A stretch of DNA of 64,000 nucleotides, taken from positions 1,920,001-1,984,000 of the forward strand of contig OY970399.1 of assembly GCA_963720545.1 (NCBI GenBank). The letters are read 5' to 3'. Below are positions 9,207 through 20,806 of this stretch, piece after piece. Numbering within the stretch: the stretch's first letter is position 1; every line of letters starts with the position of its first letter. A program made the translations under genes and the position numbers. Source of the stretch: an uncultured Acidobacteriota bacterium (GTDB lineage: Bacteria > Acidobacteriota > Vicinamibacteria > Fen-336). Under the pieces are notes generated by a model that did no database searches, had not been told where the DNA came from, and worked only from the letters and a program-made list of their open reading frames with translations.

Positions 9207-10294
9207 TCGAGCCTCAGCAGCGCGCGGGCCGGGAACGAGATGCTGATGTTCTCACCGCGCTTTTTTGGCACGCCGCCGGCCGTCTCGGCCACCGTCAGGA
9301 TGGCGCCGCCCACGTCCACCCGCCAGTCGGTGCGGTCGCCGAGGTAGATCTCGTCGTCGAGGCGGCCAGACAGGACGTTGTCGCCCGTGGAGCCGAACAC
9401 GATGCGCTCCGGACGCACACCGACGCTGAGCGTGGCGCTCGGCTGGTAGCCACCGTCATCCTGCGCGACGAGCGTCAGGCCGCCGGTCGTGCGCAGAAGC
9501 GCCTTGCCGTCCGTGACCGACTCGACCCGCACCTCCAGCAGGTTGCGCACCGCCAGGAACTCGGCGACGAAGCGCGTGCGCGGCCGCTCGTAGAGCTCCT
9601 CGGCGCCGCAGATCTGCTCGATGCGGCCGTGGTTCATCACCGCGATGCGGTCGCTCATGATGAGCGCCTCGTCCTGGTCGTGGGTGACGAAGATGAAGGT
9701 GGTCTGCAGGCGCTCCTGCAGGTTCTTCACTTCCACCTGCATCTCCTTGCGCAGCTTCAGGTCGAGGGCGCCCATCGGCTCGTCGAGCAGCAGCACGTCC
9801 GGTTCGAGCACGATCGCCCGCGCCAGCGCGACGCGCTGCTTCTGCCCGCCGGAAAGCTGGTCGATGCGGCGATGCGCGAGGTCTTGCAGGCGCACCAGGT
9901 CGAGCGCTTTCGCCACCTGCGCCTCGCGGCTGGCGCGCGGCACGTCCTTCATCTCCAGGCCGAACGCCACGTTGCGCGCGACGCTCAGGTGCGGGAACAG
10001 CGCGTACTGCTGGAACACGGTGTTGACCGGGCGGCGGTAAGGCGGCTGCCCGGCAACGTCGTTGCCCGAGATGAGGATGGCGCCGCTGTCCGCGGTCTCG
10101 AAGCCGGCGATGAGGCGCAGCAGCGTCGTCTTGCCGCAGCCCGAGGGGCCGAGGAGCGTCAGGAACTCGCCGGCCGCGACCTCGAGCGAAACGTCGTCGA
10201 CCGCGACCACGTCGCCGTACGACTTGCGCACCGAGCGCAGCGACACCGCCCCGCCGACATCGCGCTTCGGTAATTCGCCGGCCGCGGTTCCCAA
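9203..10294 (-). CDS. potA: Spermidine/putrescine ABC ATP-binding protein
   Basis: GPSGCGKT, LSGGQKQRVALARA, LLLDEP, TOBE-like C-terminus; start uncertain (TTG 10294 or GTG 10246). Confidence 0.92.
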   Translation of the reverse strand: MGTAAGELPKRDVGGAVSLRSVRKSYGDVVAVDDVSLEVAAGEFLTLLGPSGCGKTTLLRLIAGFETADSGAILISGNDVAGQPPYRRPVNTVFQQYALFPHLSVARNVAFGLEMKDVPRASREAQVAKALDLVRLQDLAHRRIDQLSGGQKQRVALARAIVLEPDVLLLDEPMGALDLKLRKEMQVEVKNLQERLQTTFIFVTHDQDEALIMSDRIAVMNHGRIEQICGAEELYERPRTRFVAEFLAVRNLLEVRVESVTDGKALLRTTGGLTLVAQDDGGYQPSATLSVGVRPERIVFGSTGDNVLSGRLDDEIYLGDRTDWRVDVGGAILTVAETAGGVPKKRGENISISFPARALLRLE

Positions 10295-10317
10295 ATGCTG
10301 GGCTTGGGAAGTTCTCT

Positions 10318-10689
<372 letters not shown>

Positions 10690-10704
10690 AGCGCCGCCGC
10701 GACC

Positions 10705-10737
10705 GTGCAGGAACGCCCCAGTGGGGCGGTCCTGCAC
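10705..10737. promoter_or_regulatory. Long inverted repeat, candidate enhancer (UAS) for a sigma-54 activator
   Basis: GTGCAGGAACGCCCCA-G-TGGGGCGGTCCTGCAC: 16-bp arms with one mismatch. Confidence 0.5.
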
Positions 10738-10780
10738 CGCTTCGCGGCCGCTGCGCCGATGCAAATGAAGCACTTAGCCG

Positions 10781-10796
10781 CGGCACGCTTCTTGGA
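10781..10796 (+). promoter_or_regulatory. Putative sigma-54 (-24/-12) promoter
   Basis: CGGCACGCTTCTTGGA versus consensus TGGCACG-N4-TTGCW; the -12 GC is GG here. IHF-like AATGAAGCACTTA at 10764-10776. Confidence 0.5.
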
Positions 10797-10827
10797 GTTA
10801 ATGGCGGCGACCAAGGAGGTCCTTGTC

Positions 10828-11162
10828 ATGAAGCTCAATTCCATCGTTTCGGGCCTTGCCGCCCTCTCCCTCGCAGCGGCCGTTGCCGCCCCGGCGCTCG
10901 CCAAGGATGCCGCCAAGCCGGCTCCCGCGACGGCGATGAAGCACAGCGCGCCCGCGAGCACCGCGGCGCCGAAGAAGACGCTCGTGGACATCAACACCGC
11001 GACCGAAGCCGACCTTGCCGCGCTGCCCGCGATCGGCGATGCGTATGCCGCCAAGATCGTCGCCGGCCGTCCGTACAAGGAGAAGAGCGATCTCCTCCAC
11101 AAGAAGATCGTGCCCGCCTCGGTCTACTCGAAGATCAAGAACGAGATCGTCGCGAAGCACAG

Positions 11163-11166
<4 letters not shown>
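10828..11166 (+). CDS. Exported ComEA-like helix-hairpin-helix DNA-binding protein
   Basis: AAGGAGG RBS, signal peptide, Ala/Pro/Lys linker, VDINTATEADLAALPAIGDAYAAKIVAGRPY. Confidence 0.85.
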
Positions 11167-12522
<1,356 letters not shown>

Positions 12523-12530
<8 letters not shown>

Positions 12531-13845
12531 GCGGCAGGGTCACGATGAACGTGGTGCCCTCCCCCGGCGCGCTGCGCGCCTCGACCTTGCCGCCGTGCGA
12601 ACGCACCACGTCCTGCACGATCGCGAGGCCGAGGCCGGTGCCCTTGCCGCGCGGCTTGGTGGTGAACAGCGGGTCGAACACGCGCGAGACGTCGCGCGGC
12701 TCGATGCCGATGCCGCTGTCGGCGATCTCGAAGCGCAGGTTGCCGTCGCCGTCCGAGACATGCACCTTGAGCGTACCGCCGTCGGGCATCGCGTCGATCG
12801 CGTTCGAGATCAGGTTGAGGAACGCCTGTTCGAGGCCGGCGCGCTCGCCGGCGATCATCGGCAGGTGCTCGGAGGCGAGCACCTCGGCGCGCACCTTGCG
12901 CGATTCGAGGGTGGGCCGCGCCAGCTCGAAGATGTCGTGCACCAGGCCGCGCGGGTCGAGCGGCGCAAGCTTCGGCTCGGGCAGGCGGGCGCGATCGAGC
13001 AGGCCCTGGACGATCGTCGTGACCCGCCCGATCTGCTCCTGGACGATGCGCAGCCGCGCGGTCGCGGGCGCCGCGGCGTCGCTGGCGCCGCCGCCGCTCC
13101 CGTCGGCGATCATCAGCTGCACGTGGCCGGAAATGAGGTTCAGTGGCGTGCCGATCTGGTGCGCCACCGACGCCGCCATGCGCCCTGCCACCGCCAGCTC
13201 TTCCATAGCGGCGAGTTCGCGGCGCGCGCCGAACAGCCGCTGGTTCGCTTCGACGAGCCGCGCCTCGTAGCGGCGCGCCAGGCCGCCGAGCAGCAGCAGC
13301 AGCGACAGCACCGTAGCGGCGCCGAAACCGACGGCCAGCTCGCGCGTCTGCTTGCGCAGGCGCGTGATCGATTCCGTCGACACCGAGACGATGATGGCGC
13401 GGCGCACGTGGCGCGCTGCGCCGAGCGGTGCCGCGACATAGTGCATGGCGCCGCCGCCGCTCGTGTGCAGGGCGCCGTCGTGCAGCGCCAGGCGGCCGCT
13501 GCGCAGCGCCTCCTTGGGCAGCGCGTCGTCGGTGGTCACCAGGATCTGCGCATCCGCGCCGCGCCGCTCCACGATCGTCAGGTCCTGCAGGCTCGGCTCG
13601 GCACGCGCGAAGCGCAGCAGCAGGTCGTCGAGCCCCTGCGAGTCGGGCAGGGCGCCGCTTTCCTCGATCTCGGCGCCAACCCCGAGCGCGGTGGCGCCGG
13701 CCGCCTCGAGGATCTCGGCCGAGACGCGGCTCTCGACGAGCCGCTCCTGGAGGAAGGCGCCGGCGCCGACGATGAACGCGGTGGCCGCTACCGCGAGCCA
13801 CATCACCCTCGACCGCAGGGACATCGAGCGAATGGCGCCCAACAT
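12523..13845 (-). CDS. Membrane sensor histidine kinase
   Basis: Two TM segments, H-box VAHQIGTPL, N-box NLISNA, DSGIG, FTTK, GTGLGL. Confidence 0.93.
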
Positions 13846-13907
13846 GTGCTTCAGGCAGCCACGTTACACCGCGCCTCGAGCGCGTCATGGGGCCCGAGGC
13901 CGCGATG

Positions 13908-15188
13908 TTATTTTTTGACGACGGCGCCGCCCTTCATCACGAAAGTGACGCGCTCCAGCTCGCCGACGTCGGCCAGCGGGTCGCCGGCGACCGCAATGAG
14001 GTCGGCGAAGCGGCCCGCGGCGATGCTGCCGACCGAATCGGCGCGGCCCAGCAGGTCGGCGGCGCTGCCGGTGGCGGCCGTGATCGCCTGCATCGGCGTC
14101 ATCCCCCACTTCACCATGTGTGCGAACTGCTTCGCGTTCCAGCCGTGCGGGTAGACGCCGGCATCGGTGCCGTAGGCGACCTTGACACCGGCCTTCACCG
14201 CCTTCTGGAAGCTCTCGCGCTGCGTGCGGCCGACCTTGCGCTCCTTGGCGATGATCTTCTCCGGGTAGCCGCGCTTCGCAAACTCGGCCAGGATGTAGTC
14301 GTCGTTGTAGATGTCGGCGACCAGGTACGTCCCCCTGGCCTTCATCATCTGGATCGCCTCGTCGTCGAGGAAGCTGCCGTGCTCGATCGAGTCGACGCCG
14401 GCGGTGATGGCGCGCTTGATGCCGGCCGTGCCGTGGGCGTGCGCCGCGACCTTGCGTTCCCACATGTGCGCCTCGTCGATGATCGCGCGCATCTCCTCGA
14501 GCGAATACTGCGGCTCGCCGACCGAGTCCTCCTCGGAAAGAACCCCGGCGGTGGCCAGGAACTTGATGACCTCGGCGCCGTACTTCACGTTCTGCCGCAC
14601 CAGCTTGCGGACTGCGTCGACGCCGTCGGCGATGTTCGAGAAGCCGCCCAGCTTGAGGTAGGGCGAGAAGCCGTTGAGGTCGCCGTGGCCGCCCGTGGCG
14701 CTGATCGCGAGGCCGGCCGGGATCATGCGTGGCCCCGGGACGTCGCCGCGGTCGATCGCATGCTTGAGGGCGATGTCGAGGTACTCGGGTGCGCCGACGT
14801 CGCGGATGGTGGTGAAGCCGGCTTCGAGCGTGCGCTGCGCGTAGACGTGAGCGACCACCGCGTTGTCGATGACGCTGCGGCGAAACATGTCCTCGTAGTA
14901 GTTGCCGCCCGGCTGGCCGGTGACGTGCGTATGGCAGTCGATCAGTCCGGGCAGCACCGTGGCCGTGCCAAGGTCGATCACCTCGGCGCCTTGCGGGATC
15001 GCCACGGTGGCGCCCGGTCCGGCGGCGGTGATGCGGTCGTTCTCGATGACGATGACCGCGTTCTGCACCACGGCGCCCCTGCCGTCGATCATGCGCGCGG
15101 CCTTCACCGCCTTCGTCTGCGCCGCGGCCAGCTGGCCGCAGGCAAGGAGGGCGGCGGCAGCGGCCGCGATTCGGCAAGCGGTTCTCAT
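13908..15188 (-). CDS. Exported amidohydrolase (Xaa-Pro dipeptidase-like)
   Basis: Signal peptide; PGLIDCHTH, AAHAHG, SIEHG, GTDAG. Confidence 0.9.
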   Translation of the reverse strand: MRTACRIAAAAAALLACGQLAAAQTKAVKAARMIDGRGAVVQNAVIVIENDRITAAGPGATVAIPQGAEVIDLGTATVLPGLIDCHTHVTGQPGGNYYEDMFRRSVIDNAVVAHVYAQRTLEAGFTTIRDVGAPEYLDIALKHAIDRGDVPGPRMIPAGLAISATGGHGDLNGFSPYLKLGGFSNIADGVDAVRKLVRQNVKYGAEVIKFLATAGVLSEEDSVGEPQYSLEEMRAIIDEAHMWERKVAAHAHGTAGIKRAITAGVDSIEHGSFLDDEAIQMMKARGTYLVADIYNDDYILAEFAKRGYPEKIIAKERKVGRTQRESFQKAVKAGVKVAYGTDAGVYPHGWNAKQFAHMVKWGMTPMQAITAATGSAADLLGRADSVGSIAAGRFADLIAVAGDPLADVGELERVTFVMKGGAVVKK

Positions 15189-15213
15189 GTGGGCTCCGTT
15201 TATGGGTGACTTG

Positions 15214-15741
15214 TCAGTGCAGTTCGGGGGCGGCGCTTTCCGCCGGCGCCGCAAGATAGTTCACGATGGTGAAGGCAAAGGCGTGGCGCTCGTCGGCGCC
15301 GTGCTCATCCCACGAGACGGCGGTCCAGCGCGACATGTCGATGCGCGGGAAGAAAGTGTCCGCGTCCGCGGCAACGGTGTCGACGTGGGTCAGGCGCAGC
15401 CGCGTCGCAAACGGCAGCGCTGCGGCATAGATCTCGCCACCGCCGATGACGCACAGCTCGTTCGCGGGCCCCGCGCTCGCAATCGCGAGCGCCTCTTCGA
15501 CCGACGCGACGGCTGCCATCCCCGGCCACGGCGCCGCCTCGGCATGCGTCAGCACCAGGTTGAGGCGGCCGGGCAGTGCGTGGCCGAGGGAATGCGCGGT
15601 CTTCCTCCCCATGAGCATGGGCTTGCCCATGGTAACGGCCTTGAATCCCTTCAGGTCGTCGGGCAGGTGCCACGGGAGCATCCCGTGTTTGCCGATGGCG
15701 CCGTGCCTGTCGAGCGCGGCAAGAAGCACGATCTCGGTCAT
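15214..15741 (-). CDS. folA: Dihydrofolate reductase
   Basis: IGKHGMLPWHLPDDL, MGRKT, LPGRLNLVL, VIGGGEIY, DTFFP. Confidence 0.93.
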   Translation of the reverse strand: MTEIVLLAALDRHGAIGKHGMLPWHLPDDLKGFKAVTMGKPMLMGRKTAHSLGHALPGRLNLVLTHAEAAPWPGMAAVASVEEALAIASAGPANELCVIGGGEIYAAALPFATRLRLTHVDTVAADADTFFPRIDMSRWTAVSWDEHGADERHAFAFTIVNYLAAPAESAAPELH

Positions 15742-15915
15742 GAGCGTGCCATAGCATGCCCCGTTTTAGCTGCGCGCGAAAGCGGTCACCGCGGCGATCG
15801 CCAGGCACGAGGCGAACGCACACCATCCGGCCAGCGGGGTCGCGCCCGCTCACGAGGATCTTCACGCGAGCTCCAGACGTATGCAGGATAGCTTTTCGTG
15901 GAACACTTGTGAGCG

Positions 15916-16371
15916 ATGCGCGGCAGCGGTCGGCACCTCGTCCTCTACGACGGCGACTGCGGCCTGTGCAGCGGGATGGTGCGCTTCGTGCTGGCTCACG
16001 ACCGATCGCAGGCGTTCGTCTTTGCATCGCTTCAAGGCGATGCCGCCCGGCACGCGCTCGGCCAGGCCGCCGATGCGGGCGACACGATCCGCGTCATACC
16101 CGATTACGCCCGTAACGAAGGCGGCGAACGGGTGGTGCTCGACCGCTCGCGCGCCGCGCTGTTCATAGCGGGCAAACTTCCATGGCCCTGGTCGTGGCTG
16201 CGCGTGGCCGTAATCCTGCCGACCGCACTCCTCAACCGCGCCTACGACTTCATCGCCCGCCATCGGCGCCGCTTCTTCGGCCGCGGCTGGGAAAGCGACG
16301 CCGCATGCGCCCTACCCCGCCCCGAATACCGCGACCGCTTCCTCGACGGCGGCCCGTACTCGAAGTCCTGA
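15916..16371 (+). CDS. DCC1-like thiol-disulfide oxidoreductase (DUF393)
   Basis: VLYDGDCGLC, FASLQ, YDFIARHR..FG. Confidence 0.88.
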   Translation: MRGSGRHLVLYDGDCGLCSGMVRFVLAHDRSQAFVFASLQGDAARHALGQAADAGDTIRVIPDYARNEGGERVVLDRSRAALFIAGKLPWPWSWLRVAVILPTALLNRAYDFIARHRRRFFGRGWESDAACALPRPEYRDRFLDGGPYSKS

Positions 16372-16373
16372 GG

Positions 16374-16523
16374 GCTCCTTGGGCTTGCGCTGAGAGCGAA
16401 GCCCTGAGGAGCGTAGCGACGAAGGGAAGGACCCGCCGTTGCCGATCGTTCCTTTCACTCGTCTAGCAGTCAACGTACTGCTAGACGGCCAAACGGCTCC
16501 CGCCACTGTGTCCGGACACAGTG
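16374..16523. repeat. Cluster of inverted repeats between convergent genes (REP-like element, terminators or structured RNA)
   Basis: Interrupted hairpin 16374-16412; perfect 11-bp stem 16460-16487; perfect 20-bp palindrome CACTGTGTCCGGACACAGTG 16504-16523. Confidence 0.6.
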
Positions 16524-16572
16524 AGCCCTGGGTCACGGCACAAGCGTTGGTGGTCCTCGGGAAAATCCCTGC

Positions 16573-18741
16573 CTACTGGACGTCGTAGGTGGTGATGGTG
16601 GTGCCTAGCAGGTACTTGTCGAACCAGGCGGAGATGTGGTTCAGGCGTTCGATGCGGTGGCTTGGCTTGCCGGAACGCGACAACTCATGGGTTTCGCCGG
16701 GGAACTGAACCATCACCGTCGGGCGCTTCAGGTACTTCAAGGCGCGGAACAGTTGCTCGCCGCCTGATGTTGGCGGCGTGCGCAGGTCGGCTTCGCCCTC
16801 GATGAACATCATCGGCGTGCGGATGCGGTCGACGAAGTTGATCGGCGAGCGCGCTGCGTACTCGGCCGGGCGCTCGAAGGGCGCGCCGTGGAACCATTGC
16901 GGCGTGAACATCGTGAAGTCGGCTGTGTACCACCACGACGTCCAGTTGGCGATCGAGCGCTGCGCGACAGCAGCCTGGAACCGGTTGGTCTGCGTGACGA
17001 CGTAGTTGGTGAGGATGCCGCCGCCGCTGCCGCCGGTGACGCCCAACTTCGCCGGGTCGGCGATGCCGCGCTTCACCAGCTCGTCGACGCCGCTCATCAG
17101 GTCCTTGTAGTCGTCGCCAGGAAAGCGGAACTGGATGATGTTGGCGAAGCTCTGGCCGTACGTAGTACTGCCGCGCGGGTTCGGATAGAAGACCACGTAG
17201 CCCTTCGCCGCGAGGCACTGCATCTCGTGGAAGAAGGTGTAACCGTACGCCGAGTGCGGTCCGCCGTGGATGTTTAGGATGGTGGGGTACGCCTTGCCTT
17301 CGACATAGTCGGGGGGCTTCTGCACCCAGCCGTGGATCACCTTGCCGTCGAAGCTCTTCCAGGTGATCTCCTCGGGCGCCGTCAGGTCGAGTTCGTCGAA
17401 CAGCTCGGCGTTGAAGTCGGTGAGCTTGCGCAGGCTGCTCTTGCCCGGCTGGATCTCGCGCGCGTCGAGGTAATAGAGGTTGCCGATGTTCAGCGGGTTC
17501 GAGATCACGAGCGCGAACCGCGAGCCGTCGGGCGTGGCGGTGAACGACACCACCTCGACGTCGCCCTCGGTCAGGGGTTCCATCGTGCTGTTCGAGACGT
17601 CGATGCGCACCAGGTTGGCGCGGCCCTTCTCGGCCACGCGGATCACCACGGTCTTGCCGTCGTTGGTCCAGATCGGCAGCGCCGGGCTCGCGCCACGCGG
17701 CGGATGCTGGTCGCCGGCGAGGCCGTCGCCCACCTCGTTGTCGAAGCCTTCGGTGAGGTTGCGCGCCGGCACGCCGGGCGTCGTCCCCGAGACGAACAGG
17801 TCGGTCTGGTCGTAGGAACGCACAGGGTTGGCATTGGGGCGGCCCTCGAAGACGACGCGCGAGCCGCCGGGGCTCAGGGCATAGGGTCCGATGTCGCCGT
17901 CGATGCTCACCACCAGCTTTGGCTCACCGCCGGTCGCCGGCACCTCGAAGAGATCCGCGCTGCCGCGGGCGTAGTACGGCTCCTTCACCCGCTCGGACGT
18001 GAAGTAGATGCGGTTGCCGTCGGCGGACCACACGGGTGCTGCTTCCTCGAAGCTGCCTTGCGTCACCTGCTGCGGTTGCGCCGCCGTTGCCGCCGAGCCG
18101 GCCGCCGGCACGTCCACGACCCAGATGTGGCCGGGCCGCGAATCGTCGAGATAACCGCCGCTGTTCGCGCGGTAGACCGCGCGGCTGATGACGCGGACGT
18201 CGCTTTCCTTCGGCGGCTCCGCCCCCGGTTTCAGCGCCTTCGCCTTCTCCATGTCCGCGGGCGTCGTGTCGCTGACGAACGCGATGCGCTTGCCGTCGGG
18301 CGACCACGCCGCGGCCTCCGCGCCCTTCGGCATGTCGGTGATGGCGCGCGCCTCGCCGCCCGCCATCGGGATGACCCACAACTGGCTCGGCTGCGAGTGG
18401 CCGTCCTTCATCGACACGCGGCTGAACGCCAGCCGCGAACCGTCCGGCGACCAGCGCGGCGCGTTGTCGTTCTGCGGGCCGCTCGTGAACGGGCGCGGCG
18501 GTTCGCTGGCGTCGGTGGGCACCATCCAGATCGAGGTTTCGTAACCGTCGTTCTTCTGGTCGATCTCGACGCGCACGAACGCCACCTGGCGACCGTCGGG
18601 CGAGACCTGCGGGTCGGCGACCCAGACGAAGCGCTGTATGTCACCCGGCGTGATCCTGCGCTTCTCCGCTGCCGCCGTGCCGGTGCCGGCCGCGGCAACG
18701 AGCGCCAGGCACAGCACCGCCACATACCTGCGATTGAACAT
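16573..18741 (-). CDS. S9 family exported peptidase (acylaminoacyl/dipeptidyl peptidase) with PD40 propeller
   Basis: GGAGG RBS, signal peptide, WSPDG repeats, IHGGPH, GGSGGG nucleophile motif, DLR, HELSRSG. Confidence 0.93.
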   Translation of the reverse strand: MFNRRYVAVLCLALVAAAGTGTAAAEKRRITPGDIQRFVWVADPQVSPDGRQVAFVRVEIDQKNDGYETSIWMVPTDASEPPRPFTSGPQNDNAPRWSPDGSRLAFSRVSMKDGHSQPSQLWVIPMAGGEARAITDMPKGAEAAAWSPDGKRIAFVSDTTPADMEKAKALKPGAEPPKESDVRVISRAVYRANSGGYLDDSRPGHIWVVDVPAAGSAATAAQPQQVTQGSFEEAAPVWSADGNRIYFTSERVKEPYYARGSADLFEVPATGGEPKLVVSIDGDIGPYALSPGGSRVVFEGRPNANPVRSYDQTDLFVSGTTPGVPARNLTEGFDNEVGDGLAGDQHPPRGASPALPIWTNDGKTVVIRVAEKGRANLVRIDVSNSTMEPLTEGDVEVVSFTATPDGSRFALVISNPLNIGNLYYLDAREIQPGKSSLRKLTDFNAELFDELDLTAPEEITWKSFDGKVIHGWVQKPPDYVEGKAYPTILNIHGGPHSAYGYTFFHEMQCLAAKGYVVFYPNPRGSTTYGQSFANIIQFRFPGDDYKDLMSGVDELVKRGIADPAKLGVTGGSGGGILTNYVVTQTNRFQAAVAQRSIANWTSWWYTADFTMFTPQWFHGAPFERPAEYAARSPINFVDRIRTPMMFIEGEADLRTPPTSGGEQLFRALKYLKRPTVMVQFPGETHELSRSGKPSHRIERLNHISAWFDKYLLGTTITTYDVQ

Positions 18742-18797
18742 GGAGCCTCCTGGCTCGGATGGTACATCGTCTGCCGGCATCGTCTATTCTTCGAGCC

Positions 18798-20795
18798 ATG
18801 CGAAAAGCGATCCTGGCCACACTGGCGTTCATTGCGGCGAACATCGGCGGCGCCGCCGAGCAGCAATTCACCGCCACCGAGATGATGAAGCTGAAGCGCA
18901 TCTCGGACCACGCGGTGTCGCCCGACGGCAAGTGGGTCGCTTACGTCGTTACTGAGATCGACGCGGCGTTCGCGCGCAACGCCGACGTCTGGATCACGCC
19001 GCTCGGCGGCGGGCCGGCGCGGCGCATGACGAGCAACGTGAAATCCGACACGCGGCCGCGCTTCAGCCCCGACGGCTCGGTGCTGGCGTTCCTCTCGAAC
19101 CGCGACGGCGACAGCCAGGTGTACGCGATGGACCTTTTGGGCGGCGAGCCGCGGCGCGTCACCAACCTGCCGCTCGGCGTCGAGAGCTACCAGTGGCTCG
19201 ACAACCGCACGCTGCTGGCGGCGAGCGACGTGTTTCCGGAGTGCAAGGACGACGCCTGCCAGCTCGCGCACATGGAGGCGGCCGGCAAGGGTCCGCGAGT
19301 CTTCGACCACCTGTTCGTGCGCCGCTGGGACACGTGGGAAGACGGGCGGCGCATGCACCTCTTCCGCCTGTCGCTCACCGGCGAGGCGCCGCTCGACATC
19401 ACTCCCGACCGCGACCACGACGTGCCGCCGTGGAGCCAGGGCCCCGATGACTACGCTGCGTCGCCGGACGGCAGCGAGGTTGCGTTCGTGCGCAACGACG
19501 ACGCCCTGGTCGCGACCTCCACCAACGCCGACCTGTTCGTCATGCCGTCGGGCAGCGGTTCACCGCGCAAGATCTCGACGAGCCCCGGTTACGACGGCGC
19601 GCCGCAGTACAGCCCCGACGGCAGCAAGATCGCGTACCGCTCGCAGTCGCGCGCCGGCTACGAATCGGACCGCCAGCGGCTGATGGTCTACGACCGCAAG
19701 TCGGGCGCCACCCACGAGGTGGTCACCAACTTCGACCGCCATGTCGAGAGCTTCGACTGGTCGGCCGATTCGAAGACCATCTACTTCACGAGCGGCGACG
19801 ACGCCACGCAGCCGATCTATTCGGTGAGCGCCGCGGGCGGTACGCCGAAGAAGATCGCTCCGGGCACCTTCACCGACGTGCGCGTCGCCGGCGGCCAGCT
19901 GGTGGCGGCGCAAGCGTCGCTCACCTACCCGCCGGAGATCGCGCGCATCGCACTTCCCGGCGGCGGCGTCACGCGGCTGACGCGCGTCAACGACGCGTTC
20001 CTCGCCGGCTTCAAGCTGCAGTCGGGCGAGAGTGTTCGCTACACCGGCGCCGCGGGCAAGAGCGTGCAGGCGTGGATCGTGAAGCCGGCGAACTTCGATT
20101 CGGGACACAAGTACCCGCTCGCCGTCCTCATTCACGGCGGTCCGCAAAGCGCCTGGGAAGATGCCTGGAGCTATCGCTGGAATGCGCAGGTGTTCGCGAA
20201 CGCCGGCTATGTCGTCTTCATGCCGAACCCGCGCGGCTCGGTCGGCTGGGGCCAGGAGTTCGTCGAGGACGTGAGCGCCGACTGGGGCGGCCGCGCCTAC
20301 GAAGATGTCATGAAGGGGACCGACTACGCCGAGGCGCTGCCCTATGTGGAGAAGGGGCGCACCGCAGCGCTCGGCGCTTCGTACGGCGGCTTCATGGTGA
20401 ACTGGATCGCCGGCCACACCGACCGCTACAAGGTGCTGGTATCGCACGACGGCGTCTTCGAGCCCTCCGCGATGTACGGCGCGACCGAAGAGTTGTGGTT
20501 TCCTGAATGGGAGTTCCGCGGACTACCGTGGGCGAATCCCGAGCAGTATGAAAAGTGGAGCGCGGCGCGCTCCGCGGGGAACTTCAAGACCCCGACGCTC
20601 GTGATCCACAGCGAGCTCGACTTCCGGGTGCCGCTGGAGCAGGGCCTCGGCATGTTCACCGCCTTGCAGCGCCAGGGCGTGCCGTCGCGCCTGGTGGTCT
20701 TTCCCGACGAGGGCCATTGGGTGCTGAAGCCGGCGAATTCGGTGCGCTGGTACAAGGAAGTGCTGTCGTGGGTCGACGAATGGATGAAGAAATAG
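18798..20795 (+). CDS. S9 family exported peptidase (dipeptidyl-peptidase V-like)
   Basis: Signal peptide, SPDG repeats, IHGGPQ, GASYGG, DFRV, DEGH. Confidence 0.93.
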   Translation: MRKAILATLAFIAANIGGAAEQQFTATEMMKLKRISDHAVSPDGKWVAYVVTEIDAAFARNADVWITPLGGGPARRMTSNVKSDTRPRFSPDGSVLAFLSNRDGDSQVYAMDLLGGEPRRVTNLPLGVESYQWLDNRTLLAASDVFPECKDDACQLAHMEAAGKGPRVFDHLFVRRWDTWEDGRRMHLFRLSLTGEAPLDITPDRDHDVPPWSQGPDDYAASPDGSEVAFVRNDDALVATSTNADLFVMPSGSGSPRKISTSPGYDGAPQYSPDGSKIAYRSQSRAGYESDRQRLMVYDRKSGATHEVVTNFDRHVESFDWSADSKTIYFTSGDDATQPIYSVSAAGGTPKKIAPGTFTDVRVAGGQLVAAQASLTYPPEIARIALPGGGVTRLTRVNDAFLAGFKLQSGESVRYTGAAGKSVQAWIVKPANFDSGHKYPLAVLIHGGPQSAWEDAWSYRWNAQVFANAGYVVFMPNPRGSVGWGQEFVEDVSADWGGRAYEDVMKGTDYAEALPYVEKGRTAALGASYGGFMVNWIAGHTDRYKVLVSHDGVFEPSAMYGATEELWFPEWEFRGLPWANPEQYEKWSAARSAGNFKTPTLVIHSELDFRVPLEQGLGMFTALQRQGVPSRLVVFPDEGHWVLKPANSVRWYKEVLSWVDEWMKK

Positions 20796-20806
20796 GAGTG
20801 CTCGCG

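Noticed and set aside
5167..9347. Very long alternative ORFs (1339 aa minus, 864 aa plus) over the pot genes
   Set aside because: Arg/Ala/Gly-rich off-frame translations expected at this GC; they overlap well-supported genes.
15214..15741. folA without thyA as a possible mobile trimethoprim-resistance gene
   Set aside because: No integron, attC or IS features; composition matches the surroundings.
16372..16572. Possible CRISPR array or tRNA
   Set aside because: No direct repeats with spacers, no cas genes, and no cloverleaf or T-loop signature.
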